Assembly (NCBI GenBank): GCA_964106645.2
Contig: OZ067042.1
From: Podarcis pityusensis
Taxonomy: Eukaryota
Direction: 5' to 3' (one strand)
DNA length: 64,000 nt
Numbering within the stretch: position 1 is the first letter of the stretch; each line of letters starts with the position of its first letter. Positions 35,973 through 50,439 of the stretch are shown in pieces. The notes below the pieces were generated by a model that saw nothing but the letters and a program-made list of their open reading frames with translations, made no database searches and had not been told where the DNA came from. The position numbers and the translations under genes were made by a program.

Positions 35973-37607
35973 CCATGATTCTGGGATTCCAAATGATCTC
36001 ATCTGGTTTCTGGAGTGACACTGATGTGTTAGTGTTGCTCTGGCTGTAAAATCTAATGATTAAATTTATTTTAACAAAGGCTCCAACCCCTAGGCATGTT
36101 TACATATAAATGTGAGACTTTCTTCTAAGTTTGTCATTAGACTGCAGTCCTAGCTCCACATATCTATTGAATTCCACAGGATTTATTTCTTAGTAGGCAT
36201 GGTTAGGATTGAGCTGTTACATGTTGTCTCAGAATGATATAGACACATGCCCAAAATGGATGTCTTCCTTATACATGCCCCTCTCCAGCCATCCTCCCCA
36301 CACCAGTACAGTCTTATCACTTTTAATATGTGCCACTCTATTAAATTAAAGCATATATGTAAAGCAGGCAGTGTGTTTGCAGTAGATGGGCAGTGTCACC
36401 ACAATGTCCTGAGCTTCACTATGGCTTACAATCTGTAGATGAAGTAAGCCACAACTGAGTAACCATGGAAAACTGTGTGTGTACGTGGAAGCTAAGTTAT
36501 AGGTGAATATATGTTCGTAAGTGAATTTGCAGCCACAATAATCCTGTTAAACAGAAGGTTTTTCTTATTCTGGAATGTGCACTAGGGATAGGTGGATAAA
36601 AGCGAATGTGCATATAAATATTTCACAAAAGATTTTTGTTTTTGGTGAACAGTCACTTGTCAAGAGCCTCAGAGTCATGCTACAGGGACAAATGATACTT
36701 CCTAGGAAGGCAGATGTATAATCTGAGGCACTTGGTGAAAGCAGAGCGGCAATGTCATAGCAATGATTATTCTTTTGGTGAAAGATGTTTGCTAATCAAG
36801 CATCCTCCTTAGCTTAAATCTATGGAAATAAGCTGGTGAGAGTAATGCATTTTCAGGAGCTTGAGGTGTGTTTTTATGCAGGTAGTTGGTGAGTGACAGA
36901 GTAAAAAAAATCTATGAGACAAAAAGTTGTGAAGTTGGAGATATGTTTTTGATGACAGGTACTACAGCAGCAAGAGCAAAAATAGTAGAGCGAAGCAGTA
37001 AAAATATTAAGGAAATTGTTCCTCAGATATCATATACATTCAGCTGCATGAGAAATATGCACCATGGGGGGAAATTCCCTGATGTTGCTTCTTAATCTAT
37101 ATTCTATTTCTGATCTGCCTCCCTCACCCTACTGCCATTACCAAGTTTTTGATTCTTGTGTTGTCTGAAATATCAGATTTCTCAAACTTGGAGGGACAGG
37201 CAATGACTGCATGGAGAAAATTGGCTTAACACTTAATAAATAGGTTCCTTAAAACTGTCTTAAAACTCCAGATGGACTGTGTGCAATCCAGAGGGGAAAC
37301 GTTGCAAGAGGAGGAAATGCCCCTTCTTTCATTCAAATGAGAACTTTCTCTTGAATTTTGTGTGTTGGGATTAATTTGGGCTCTTAAATATTCCAAACCC
37401 AAAGCATAGTATTTCTGATTTTAGTGTGTGTGTATGTTTATTGGTATTTTCTGTTAAATGTCAACCTAGAGCAGCAAGACCATGCTGACTTGCAGTTTCC
37501 TCTGTGTGTGCAATCCACAAAGGGTTGTCAGCTCTGCTTGTAAGGGCATAACTGCATGTTACATGAACATTCCTAAGAGGCCACAATGCCATCATTTGGT
37601 CTTGTAA

Positions 37608-37697
37608 GGGTCTATTCCTGTACATACTTACCTGAGACTTAAGTTCCAGTGAACTCAGTGGACTTAATTTTTAGTTGACATATATAGGATTGTACTG
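37608..37697. mobile_element. Short palindromic MITE-like repeat, family A
   Basis: TTCCTGTACATACTTACCTGAG...GACATATATAGGATTG; homologous to 43107-43198. Confidence 0.55.
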
Positions 37698-38894
37698 TAA
37701 GCATTCTGTGAGCTTTCATGTTAGGGGAATATGTCTTTATTGTGCTTGACATTCTTCAGAGATATTTCCTTAAAAGCAAAGTAACAGAATATATTCTTAG
37801 TGTAGGCTGATACTCTTTTTTTCTTTGAAGAAACTTTTGTTTTCCTGGTACGTGCTGAAATTTGAATACAATCATATAGTAAATACATAGGATTTTCTTA
37901 CACAGTACAGTAACATGCATCCACACATTAATTACATGCTTCTGTAGATTACTTGATAATTACATTTAAGAGGCTTAAAGATTTAGAAAGGCGAAATTAC
38001 TAGGTATTTACCCTATTAATACTTTTGTTTATTTATTCACATTAAAATTCCATGGAATTATTGCAGTCTTAAACTTTCCTGAGATAAAGGAGTTGAGTAC
38101 ACTCCACTCATCCTGTAGCAGTTTCCAAGGTTTCCAATGTGACACAGTGAATACAATTTATTTGACACCCATGCACAATACTGTATAGAGAAGCAAAATT
38201 ATCTGGAACAGTGAAGCTATCTGAATTGGGTGGAATCTAAAGGTCCCCTTCTGCATGCATAACCTGTCTTGCAACTCATGGAAATTCTGTTTAAAACCTT
38301 CCAATAGACACACGTAGTAGCATGAGAAAAGTGAATCTAAGTCTGAAGATGTTCTTCCGCTTGTGCAACTTCTTGAGGAACCAGAAACACAGTAACTGCT
38401 ATCAAACCTGTTTGATAATGCAAGAACTTGTACAAGTTTTGTAGTACTGTGGACACACATATAAGGTCCTCAAGTAGCCCCTGAAGGGGAGAGGCATCTC
38501 CTCTTGTCATTCACACAGGAAATTTTTTTCTGATTATGTTAATATAATATCACCTTAAATGTTGCTCAAATGGCTGTCAAAGCTGTGAATATTAAATATG
38601 TAAAACTGCATGAGATGCTGTCCTACTGGACTGAAATATTATATATATTGTATACACAGATGATAATCCAATCCAATTCATGGGACTTACTCCTGGCTAA
38701 TTGGGAGTTTGGTGGTGTTGGCTGCTTGTTTTGGTGTTGCCAGCAAACTGTAACACAATTGTTGCTGGGAATGTGCCCACATTGCTACAAGCAGGTGCAC
38801 TTTAATATATGGCAGTCGTAGAGTGGAATTTTAATCCTCTTTCACACAAATACTAAGCACGGTGGGAGCCACTTGCTCACAGAGTTATCACATG

Positions 38895-39065
38895 ACCACG
38901 AGCCATGATGGCTATGTTAACCTCCATTGTCAAAGGCAGTATGCCTCTGAATACCAGTTACTAGGAAACACAAGCTGTTTTACTCAGGTCCTGCAAATGA
39001 GCTTCCTACAGGCATCTGGTAGCCATTGCAAGAACATGATGATAGATTAGATAGGTTCTTATGTA
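38895..39065 (+). mobile_element. CR1-type LINE 3' UTR fragment
   Basis: AGGCAGTATGCCTCTGAATACCAGTT...GGCATCTGGTAGCCATTG...TTCTTATG tail. Confidence 0.6.
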
Positions 39066-39083
39066 ACTCTGCAGATACTAGAC

Positions 39084-39219
39084 CAGGCTTCCTCAACCTC
39101 AACCCTCCAGATGCTTTGAAACTACAGTTCCCATCATCCCTGACCACTGGTCCTGCTAGCTAGAGATCATGGGAGTTGTAGGCCAAAAACATCTGCAGGG
39201 CAGAGGTTAAGGAAGCCTG
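39084..39219. mobile_element. hAT (Charlie-like) MITE, 136 bp, with 8-bp TSD
   Basis: TIRs CAGGCTTCCTCAACCTC / GAGGTTAAGGAAGCCTG. TSD TACTAGAC at 39076-39083 and 39220-39227. Confidence 0.92.
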
Positions 39220-39411
39220 TACTAGACCGTGTACTAACTTCCAGAAGGGTAGATGTGTTGGTCTGCTGCAACAAATCTAACCAAGAATAATACATTTAAT
39301 GTGGCATAGGCTTAGAGAGCCACCAATGAAGTGGATTCTAGCTAGCAAAAGCTTACAACTTAATAATTCTATATGGTTGCACATGACTCTGCTGCTTTTG
39401 CTACAAGATAG

Positions 39412-39602
39412 AAACGTATGAAGCTACCTTATATGGAGACAAACTATTGGTCCATCCACCTGAGTTTTGTCTACACTGACTGGCAGCAGCTTTCCAGGGT
39501 TTCAGGCAGGGGGCATTCTGTGCCCTACCTGGAGATGCCAGGGATTGAACTTGGGACCTTCTGCATGCAAGGCAGATACTTTACCACTGAGCTCTGGCCC
39601 TT
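39412..39602 (-). mobile_element. tRNA-derived SINE (Squam3-like)
   Basis: Minus strand: AGCTCAGTGGTAAAG A-box, AGTTCAATCCCTGGCATCTCCAGGTAGGGC, GAAACCCTGGAAAGCTGCTGCCAGTCAGTGTAGACAA. Confidence 0.9.
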
Positions 39603-40854
39603 GCATTCGGGTAGTCCGCAAACCTCGGTTGGTCTTATGAGACCAGCATTCTACAATTGTGGCTGGCCCTGCCCACCAATACACATACCTCAGACACATG
39701 TGATAGACAGGGTAGCCAATATAGTGCCCTCCAGGTGTGGTTGGACCATTGGCCATAGGAAAAGCAGTCCAATAATATTTGGAGGCAGCATGTTGTCTAT
39801 GCCTGGGATAATCTCATAGGAAGCAATTCCCATGTGGCTCACTGTGTACAGAGGGAGCCTTAGAGGAGGCACAGAGTGAACAATAACAGAATTGTGTATT
39901 CAAACAGCAAAACAATCCAAGATTTGTCTCACAATGGAACAGTTTCAAAAAAACATTAAGGGCAATCTTGGTTGGAAAACAACACTATATAGAAACTGTC
40001 TTGTCTGTTTTTATTTTGCCTCAGAATTTTTATTCATTTATTATCACACCCATATCACTCTGCTAGGCACTATATCATTCATAGCAGGTGAACATAGGAA
40101 CAATTATTATCACATAAACATGCGATCTGTTGTCAGAACTATTTACCAATCTCAGAAGCCTTTGATTGAATGTCAAGGCCATGATTCTGTCCTAGCTACT
40201 CCCATTTGTCACAAATTTTATACCTTTTTCTTTGTTGAAAGTGGAGGCAACTCCATTTTCTGAAGGACTTTTACAGAGCTATTACCTGTAAAAGCAGTTT
40301 TTCATAAGTCATATTTTTTAAGTGCTCCTTCGAGTGGTTTGACACTTTTTCAAAAGTATGATAAAAGTTTATATGCTTGGAAATGATCTGTCTAAGAGGT
40401 AAGCTCTTTATATTTTATTCATTTTTGATAGTTTGCTCAATAATGCATCGGCCCCTCCCCAAATGATACTGTCAGTTTCTGAAATGTAGCCCATAAAACT
40501 TCAGTTGGAGGGGGAATTGTTATGTAATGATATGTTTGGCTGTATGTGGAAGGATTACAACCATCTAATCACATAGTTAAATTATGCTTAGCAATGTGGT
40601 AGCAAATGGCTTCTTTGGCTGCTTCCATATTGCTCCTTAGAATGTGTATACATCATCTGCCCACAAAATGGTAGACTGCCATGGTGACAGCAAAAAACTT
40701 ACCACTTGTGATAGCATGTAAACTAGCCCTTTGTTTGAGTGACCCTCCTAACACAGGCTTGTACTTCAGGAATTAGGTTGCAGAGTGTTGTTGATAGGGC
40801 TTTCTCCATACTTGATATGCCATCATAGAATCACAACTAAGGAAGGCAGTTGTG

Positions 40855-41055
40855 AATGTAGGAAGGTGCCTTATACAGAGTCTGACCATTGGTCGGTCTA
40901 GTTCGATTTGGTTCAGTATGGTTTACAGAGACTGGCAGCAACCCTCCGGGATTTCAGTCAAGACATCTTGCTCAGCACAACCTGGAGATGTCAGGGATTG
41001 AACCTAGGTGCTTTTCTGTGCAAAGTATGTGCTGTAACACCGAGTTACAGCCATT
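40855..41055 (-). mobile_element. tRNA-derived SINE (Squam3-like)
   Basis: CCTGGAGATGTCAGGGATTGAACCT and TAGGAAGGTGCCTTATACAGAGTCTGACCATTGGTC; homologous to 39412-39602. Confidence 0.8.
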
Positions 41056-42953
41056 ATGGATATAGCTCTCTTTCCCCCTCCCTCAAGGAAGGCTTGAACT
41101 GGCAGTGGCACAAGGGACAGTGGACCCTCTCATCAGCTGGCTCCACTGGGGACTATTTTGTGGTATCTTGTGCTCAACTGAGTTAACGCTTTCCCCCTTT
41201 TCTTTTTTACTGAGTGGCATGTGAAAGAACCAGCTTCACTTATCTAGTCAAAAGATTTGATAACTATTTAAAAGGGGGGGTAGGAACTGTAGATAAAGAA
41301 TGGACGGTTATGAAATGCTTTAAATTTCTATAGCGCTAGAATTGCATACTACACTAACATATTCCTAAATTAGGCCTTTCAGCAACCCGGTGAGCTGAGT
41401 TAAGTAGTCTTTGTCCCATTTTATAGTGTGGGAAATTGGGTGAATGAGGTCAGAATTTTCAATTTTGGATGCCTAAAGCTAGACATTTAAATCCATGCAA
41501 GGGCATCTTATTTAAAGTTTCACTTGCACATGTTCAGGGGATTTTGAAGCAAACAGATAAGCAAATCAGAGATAAGTCACTGCTGTCTTGAGAAAAATTA
41601 AATACATAATAGCTGTACTATTGGACCAGGTGTCCATGTAACCAATCTATGTGGAGGACAACATGGTAGATAAAAAAAGTGCTGAGTCTTCCGGAATTAG
41701 TAGCAATGCGAGATATTGCACACCAGTAATCAACTGAGATTAGTAAAAATCTTAATATATAATAGTTAATAGAAAAACATAATAGACAAAGTAATCAATC
41801 ATAACTCTTTATAGAAAAGAAAACAACTATTTGCAGGGGGTTATTTATTAACATGCTTGCTGGATTAGAAACTCCTGGAATACAGAGCAACCGAAGACTC
41901 TTGGATTGAGCAAGGGGTAGGTTAGAAAGAACCTCACCCCTTACTAGATCGTTTTTAGGATTTTTTAAATGAGAAGCAGGGCTAGCACAGCCTGTATAGC
42001 ACAATTATACCAATCTCTTTATACTGCTGTGTTTTACAATCCTGAGAGGTTGAGGTTTAAAACATTTTTCATTGCATTAGTTATACAAGAATGAGGGAAG
42101 GTTGTCTAGCACACCCTCCTCGGCTGTGGTGGCCCCTGGATATCTCTGCTAAATGTGCTGTGTGGAACAGTGTTGTAACAAAGTATTGTTTTGTCTTTAA
42201 GAATCACTTGGGGCTAGCAGTGAGCTTTGGCTTGCTTCACTGTTTTGTTCATTATTTGTCCTTTTGGTCTCCAGTCAAAGTTAGTTGCTGTCATTGATGT
42301 AAAACATATATTAGACAAATAACCAGTTAGTCTTGGCCTTGGGAACCATGATGTTAATTCCTGGGAGGAAAAGTTCATTTTGCACCACGTTAGCTTTGCT
42401 GGGCTAGATCAGACAATACCTGTAGATCTGGACCATTATGAGGTGATGAGGGCAAGCATACCCAGCCTTCTTAGCACCCTGGCTTTATCTCCAAAGGCAT
42501 GCACAGCACATTTCATCAAGATGTGCACCCAGGGAATATTTTTTAAAGGTTAACACTTGAATACATACACATACTCATAAAGGACATTATTTTTATTCAC
42601 AAATAACTAAAGGAATAAAACTTAACTAAACTTATTTTTTAATTAACAGCTAAACTTTAAAAATACAAGCTTAAAATATGAGACACAAAATACCAAATTT
42701 ATGCTGTAATGATAACCAGGCGTATACAAAAATAGTCAATTTTCATGATCCTTATCCTTAACCAAATAATGAGCTGACCAAAACACGCTTTCTACTAATC
42801 TGAAACAGGAATGGAATGGGACTTTACTCCCTGTTCTTTTTAAGGTAATCTGTTATGGTTGAAGTTCTCTCGACCTCTCACTCAAAAAGCTTTTTATTTG
42901 CCAACAATATCCTTGCTTTGATTCTAATGGCATTCATACACTTTTATAGATAT

Positions 42954-43082
42954 TGGGTGGAATTCAACTAAGTTATAGTCACAGTTACACTTAAAGTAAG
43001 CCTATTTAAATGAATAAACCTAATTTATTCACGTTCACGAATTTCATTGGGTCTACTGTAAAACTTAGTTGAAGGCCACCCA
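42954..43082. mobile_element. Palindromic MITE-like repeat, family B
   Basis: TGGGTGGAATTCAACTAAGTT...AACTTAGTTGAAGGCCACCCA inverted ends; related copies at 45128-45231 and 53668-53794. Confidence 0.6.
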
Positions 43083-43106
43083 TAAGGACAGAATGAAGCA
43101 CTTCTA

Positions 43107-43198
43107 GGTTGCAATCCTATCTATATACACTTACCTGGGGGCAAGTCTCATTAAATTCAGTGAGAATTGCTTTTCAGTAGATATGTATAGGATTCCTC
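43107..43198. mobile_element. Short palindromic MITE-like repeat, family A
   Basis: CAATCCTAT...CACTTACCTGGGG...ATGTATAGGATT inverted ends. Confidence 0.6.
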
Positions 43199-45127
43199 TG
43201 TTAAGCTTCCCATAGGTCTACATAAAGTATCTCTGTAGACTATGGGGCATTTCCCTAGCAGCAAATACAATCAGAAAATCTATTATACACAGGCTGAAAT
43301 AGTTTGGTTGATTTTTATATTTTTTTCCCCAGAGGATGGCTGCATAGTGTTGGCCAACGCACATTGTGTTTTCTGTGCATAGGCCATTTTCAAAAGCTTC
43401 AAAAACAGGGATTGCAAGCACTTGGTAGGCAGGGAAGACAAGAACACTTATGCTCCCTTCTATGTGATGGGCTGGGCCAGGGGGAAATATAATCTGATCA
43501 GGTCCAAATTTATTTATTTATAGCCTGCCATTCACTGTGATGTCCTAGGATATAGTCAATACAAATAAATCATGCAATATATAAACATTCAACATTTACT
43601 CATAAACATTTATTCATCAGTCAAGTAGGAATATTAAGGACCTGCTTTGTGAATTTGAGATGGTCAGTGAAATAAGAACTGCAGCATATTAAAAGGAAGA
43701 TATATATTATAAATGATACAATTATAAAATGTTAATTAATTTCAAGGCCACATACTAGAGGATTATTGTGGTAGTTTGCTTATCATGCAAAACTGTCCTT
43801 TACATTGACCCCGGTGCAGTGGCACTGATGCAGACAGATATATGTCTGCTGGATTTGCCTTACCATCTTCTATGATGGGAAATACACTGTGAACATTGGG
43901 CGGCCCCTGTTGATGTGCAACTCTCTCTGTACACGGAAAACCTTGTGGGGTTTTGGATTGTGGCCATTATATTTTAACTGCATAGGAGTATCCCTGCAAG
44001 TTAATCTTGTATTTGAAAAGGTAACCTGGGCTGGATGAATATGCTTAGGAACATTACAAGGACCCACAGGAGTTTGTGGCAATCAAGAGGAAGTACCTTT
44101 GCTAATTCATCTAGTTCTGTAACACAAGGCTGTAATATAGGAAGTGAACCTTACTGGCATTCTTACAGACTATTCCCTACAATAGCTCTTGTAGACTTTT
44201 TCTGATTAAATAGTGTTATGTAAATACTGCTCTTTCAACTTAACATTTAGAAAAGTTCCTGACCTGACACATGCAACCCCCCTGAAAATGACGCAACTGG
44301 TCATAAAGCAGGCAGCTGTACAAATATATAGGTATCCATGAAATTTGGTGTCGTGGGAACAGCCATGTTGCTGGTGTAGTGCACCATGTAAATTGAGCTT
44401 AAATTCTATTTGCTTCAATTGAACTTAAATCAGTTTGAGTCAACATATTTTGATTGAACCAGTTTGTGGATGGTCCTTGTGGGCATTCTGGAGTGCCTGT
44501 TTTTCTAAAATAAAACAAGCAGAACAAGTGTACATGAAAATCCATCTTAATGATAAACGCTGAAGTGTTTACAAATGGTGAACCTAAGTGCGCTGTATAA
44601 TTAAAATAATTATTTCATCAAAAAGCTTCTAATTTTAATTGCCTAGTATTCAATTAGTGACTTTTTAAATAATTCCATTTTACATTCATTTAATTTCTGT
44701 TTTGATTCTCTCCAAAGGACATTTTATCATAAAAAGCAAAACAATTTAACATCTATAATTATGCTTTAAACAATTAGAGCTTTGCATGATAGGATTAAAT
44801 GTCCTTAGTAAACAATAGCAGACTGTAAGCAAAGCACTAGAGAATATACAGGAATAAGCAGTTCTGAAGTGGCAGGGGAATGAACTAGGTAAACAGATAA
44901 TCCACCCCCCTCCCAGCTTCAATACTGTTATACAATCAAATATCTCCAGAGAAATTACAAAATAATTTTGAGCAAACAGCACTATGCTTCTCGCAGGACT
45001 TTAAAATGGATGCCAAAATGTTTTACAGGCTAGACTGCCTGATGCTTTGATCCAGGTGTGTGTTCTGGGGAGCGAGATGAAACCTTTTCTCCTTGCCCTC
45101 ATTCAATATCCACATATGGAGACAGAA

Positions 45128-45231
45128 TGGGATTCAACTAAGTTTTAAAGTAGAACATAAAATTAATGAACACAATGAGGTCCATTAATTTCAATGGGTC
45201 TACTAGGAGTAAAACTTAGCTGAATGCCACT
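45128..45231. mobile_element. Palindromic MITE-like repeat, family B
   Basis: ATTCAACTAAGTTTTA...CAATGGGTCTACT...TAAAACTTAGCTGAAT. Confidence 0.6.
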
Positions 45232-46473
45232 CATCGTGTGAAAAAGGTAAATGCACATGGTGTCAAGAGCACTTCCCAGCCAAAGAATGCAGAGGGCCTT
45301 CTCGGTAGCGGTGCCCTCCCAGCAGTATGAGAGTTGTGACAGGTGTGTCAAGTGGGTAGGAGAAAGGTGTGCTCTTGCACACGTGAGGGAGCAATCCAGG
45401 AAAGAGTATCATCTAGTCAACTGACTGTAGTATCTCTCTAGTCCTCCTGTAGAAAAAAAAGAGGGCCCAGTAACAATATTTATATATCATTTCTTAATCA
45501 GTAACTTAAAAATAAACTGGCTTTCCATACCGAAATGATATTAACTAAGAAAATGTTAGATTTCTCAACTGATTCTTTTCATCCGTTAGAAGAACGATGA
45601 AAGTTCATTTCCGTGTATTTTTCATAGTCAGATACATGGATTTCATGCACTTGGGGTTAACACTTCCAGTTGTTGTCTAGTGTCCAATCTATTAATTAAA
45701 ATGATGCTAAATATATCAAATTGGCATATGCAGATTAGGTATGGCCTTCAAGTTCATTACTCCCAAGACAGAAATCATCCATTCACTTCACACAAGTGAA
45801 AAGCTGCATAAAATACAAAAGCAAATGTATGAACATGGAAAATATCGTAAACTGAAATGCAGTAAAGAGATCCCCATATAAGAGTGCTAAAATCCTAATT
45901 CTAATAAACCAATTATATTTGGAATCCTCCACAGCCATAAATTTCAAACACTGAAGAATATGAAGCTTTCACTTTGCCAAGAGTACACATACAATTGATG
46001 TTTCAAAGATTCAGTTACTGAAAGAGTAATAGATAGTACAAAAATATTATTTTATCTGACTGTACGGTGGGAATTTATACAGATGTCCAACCAATACATT
46101 TATAACTACAGTATGCATTAGCTGAAATGTCTTATTTTGCATTCAGACCCCAAGCGACTGAATACAGAATTGGAATAGTCAGACAACTGCGTAACAATTT
46201 ATCCTCAATTCAATGTACCTTTAAAGTAGCATTAATTATGAATGAATGCTTGGGGAGGGCACAGTGTACTCATCTAGGGTAGACAGAAGCCTTTAATTAT
46301 ATTTGGCTTTAGTTTTAATTAAGACAAATAAGGGTTTTTTTTAGATTTATTCAGCTTTACCTGGAAGTGGATCAGTTCTGAGGAAATATTTTTGGGATCA
46401 GGGTATTTGGAATTGTGTGCTCAGATTAGTACATATTGATATTTATGTGATGCAGTTGTGTGGTGTCTACAGT

Positions 46474-46475
<2 letters not shown>

Positions 46476-46526
<51 letters not shown>
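46476..46526. repeat. (TC)n microsatellite
   Basis: Direct reading. Confidence 0.97.
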
Positions 46527-46530
<4 letters not shown>

Positions 46531-46742
46531 AGCATTCCACTTTCTTCCTGCACAGATGCTTTTTTATCTAAAGATCACTGGAGGACTTTGCACACATGTT
46601 GTAAGATCTCATGTATCCTCGGACATCACTAGGCTGATTTATATGGCACTTTCTGGTTTAGACAATCAAAGTGCCTTGGGCTGAAGATACAACAGAGCAA
46701 AACTAAGAGCGATAAACCAATTTGCTTTATTTGAGGTTTGAC

Positions 46743-46908
46743 GGGAATGGACTCTCTCGGAAGGTAGTGGGCTTTCCATCCCTGGAGGCTTTTCAACAGA
46801 GGTTGGTTGGCCGGCCACCTGTCAGGGATTCTTTAGCTGTGATTCCTGCATTACAGGAGGTTTGACTAGATGACCCATGGGTCCCTTTCCTACTCTACAA
46901 TTCTATGA
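46743..46908 (+). mobile_element. CR1 LINE 3' end
   Basis: CCATCCCTGGAGGCTTTTCAACAGAGGTTGG (PSLE.F..RL), TTGACTAGATGACC...GGTCCCTTTCC and terminal ATTCTATGA. Confidence 0.85.
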
Positions 46909-49900
46909 GGGACCACCATTAATCACCACCTGGGCCCTGCCAGCTATCCTCTCCCTGCTAGATTTAATCAGCAAAGAAGAGCAAGGGTGCAGAGTGGTCG
47001 CCCTGACCAATCCCAAGCACCTTGTTCACATCCTCAAGCCTTTGAACTGCTCCAACCAGCACAGAGAATGATGGAAAACCTTCCTTTCATTTTCACATTC
47101 AGCCCCTCTTAACTTCTCCCTCCACCCCCCATCAAGACAGGTATGTCCCAAACACTAACACAGTGCAGCATGGGCAGCATTAGAGGGGGAGCAGTGCTGG
47201 AGGGGGGCAGATGCCTCCTCCTAATCAAGGAGCTTGTCCCTCACTTGCACACATGCACACCCCCATTGCTGGATACCTGTCATTAAAATGTACTGGTATT
47301 TTCTTTATGAGATCTTAGCATGTGGGACATAACTCCACCTAGAAATAGACTTCTGTGCCCATTTTTTCCCCTGATGCCACCATTTTAGTGCAGGAAAGCA
47401 GGACTGAAGCCTGAAACTTGAGAAATATATGGCTATTACTATAGGATGGAATGGGACAGCCCGTTTCCAATGCTGCCACTGAGGTCTGAAGAGCCCTAAG
47501 TTTTGCTTCTCTGAATCTCAGTGCTCCAACCTTCATTTACCTCCAGATTGGTCAGCTCATGCTTTGGCTCATTTCAACTTCCCTTTTTTCAGTCTGCTTC
47601 AGCCATGCAGTTAATTAAAGTTTATCCCCTCTTCCATCAACGTCTCACATCAGTTGATGCTTTGGACCTTCACAGGAGAACTTTATCCTACCTTTTCAGG
47701 GCTGACTAGAAAATGCAATATTCTCTGAAAAAGTATCTATGGCTCATTTTTCTGGCCATTCTTATTTTATTTTTGGTCCCTTTTCCTCTCTTCCAAGAAC
47801 TTGTTCTCACAGTGCACTCTTCAAGAGTTAATGTCACTCCTCCTGCTTCCTCTGGCCATATTATTTATTCTGTCTTGTTTGCTTCTTTGTTCTCCGTCTC
47901 ATGTAGGTGTAGAAAGTTGGTTGGTGGTGGTGTGGCGATTGCCATTATTGTATTAAAAATAAGTTCCAGTATTTTAATTCCACTTATATTTCATTTACAG
48001 CATAACCTTATGCATGTCTTCTCTGAAATGAGTTAAGTTTTCAAATGAAACCTTCAAATTCGCAACAGTGCAACCGCTCTATAGTGAGGTTTTAAAGTCA
48101 AAGCAATGTGCTATAACTTAAAAAGTAAATGGCTTCTTTTTTTATTACACACATAGTTATATGGATTGTGCAGAGTTTTCAACTGTGACAACTACAATAG
48201 AAGGCAGAGACTTTTTCAGGAAGCTTTTAATCTCTAGAACTTCCTTTCTTATTCTTCTTTGCATCAGTGAATTTCATTGTTAATTGCTTTCTTGTCCTCC
48301 AATATATTGTTTGCCTTATCCAAGCAAAGGATTCTCATCCCCCCTGTTCCAGTTCAGAGAATGTATATCTCATGATATACATACATACATATATATATTT
48401 ACTATCAACCTAAAAATTATTCTATCCTAAATCCAATGACATTCTTTTATGTTTTCCCACTCCTTAATACCTGGGGCTGAGCCAGGAATCTACACAGATT
48501 CACATCTAAAAGAAAGGAGAAATTTCAGCTACTTTCTGGCCTTCTTAGTGCCTCACAGCGTAAAACATATTCTTACTGATTTTGAGCACTAATTAAAAAC
48601 TTTGAGCCATTCACTGTTCTCTTGATGTGCATTGAGTAATGCCCATCAATACTAACTGCGGAAGTGTATGTTCAGCAGATCCGATCCCATTTTTGAAAAC
48701 TCTTCAATATTACACATCCTAAGAACACATTATCACTCTTTTGAAAAATAGCAGAGGATCAGAACCTGAGCCAGAAATGAAATTCTTCCCCATTTGATAA
48801 AGAGTTATAGATTAAAAAGGGAAATAACTTGAAGTAGCTTTCTTGCTTTTAGAAATGATCAGATGAGAAGTTGTTATTTTAACACAGCTGTCCTCTGGGA
48901 CATACAGGAGTTATTCAGTAATGAAAGGCAATTGGGAGATTTGACAGGTCTGTTCTTGAAACGGAGTCCTATGAGACCAGCCTTTGGAGGCAGAGGTGAA
49001 AGAAGAAATTGGTTTACCCAAAGATCTCTGGATATAGGATCTACATTCTCAAGGAGGCTGACTGTCAGTGTCAGGGTAAACTTAAGACACCTGTAGGCCG
49101 AAGTCTAACCAAATAAAAAAACCTCTTCCTGGTATTTCACAGTATTTTCTAATTACCTTAAAGAACACTTTGTATACTTAGTGAAAGTACTTACTACTTC
49201 TTGTTATTGTAACCCTCGTCGTCTTCAGCATTGGGGTATCCCTCCAAATGGATTGCAGGCCAGCAGTTGGGGTTTAGTGTGGGAGCTTTAGGATAAAATC
49301 AGAGGCATTAGCCGATTGCTTGGCAACAGTGCCAGATGGTTAGCATCCAACAGGAATGGCTTTTCTCAACAGCTGGCTTTTTAGTGCAGCTTACCAGGAT
49401 AATACCCAACCATCCCAGCTAGATGACACTATTTCCTCACCTGGAATCTTCCAGCAACACATTTATTTTAAAACTTCTAAAGTGGCTGATAACAATGTAA
49501 TAAAAGCAAGAAACATATTACCAACAAATAGATAAAGCAGCAGAGAACAGTTGCTAAAAACAACCATGCAATTCTGCATATTAGCTTAATAAAGCTGTCA
49601 GAACTGAATCCCGTTCTGCACAATTGTGCCTCGACACGTGCTGTTCCATCCATCCTTTCTCAACAGAGCCTTTCTCTATCTGCCTCCACAGCATCCAAGG
49701 TGCAGCAGGTGATTACTGGAGAGACAGCTTTTAGTGGGGTGCCCTGGCTTCAGAAGGAGCTTACTTGGAATCCACTCTTCCCAAGTTTATATTTTGATGC
49801 TGCATTTATAATTGTTCTTACTTTTAAGATTATTAATGCACTAGCTATTTTGTGGTGTTTTTCAGATTTCCTTATAAAGCTGCTCTGATGATATATTTGA

Positions 49901-50439
49901 AGGGTTAGTTATAATTCTGAGTTGCGATGAATCAAAAGCTCTTCTGTTCCTTATATAATAGTCACAATAGAGAATATGTTAACTGTTATGTTTACACCAG
50001 AAAGCTTCTTGTTAACTTGTGAAAACAGGCAACTTAAGTATCAACCATTGGTGCTGGGAATTGTGAATTCATTCAGCAGAAATTAAGAGGGTGATAAGAA
50101 ATGGAGAATTAACACATAGTGAAAGGGAACAAATGGATTTTGTCACAAGAGCATGTTATTTTTAAAATATTGTGGGCATCTCTACTAAAATCCATATAAA
50201 ACTGACTGATTTCACATGTGTACTGACTTATTTCAGTACTGGGACTGGTACCATTTACCTACATTTTTTTGCACCAAATTCCTCAATGAAACCACTCTTG
50301 TAAGGGCTCACTCAAGTGTACAGGCAACTCACACAGTTGCTTGAAGCACCAATATAGTTGGTACGCCAGCAAATCCATGTGCAGTTCGATAACTGAAGAT
50401 TATCGTCACAGAAGATGTGTGTATTTGAAAAAGAGCATT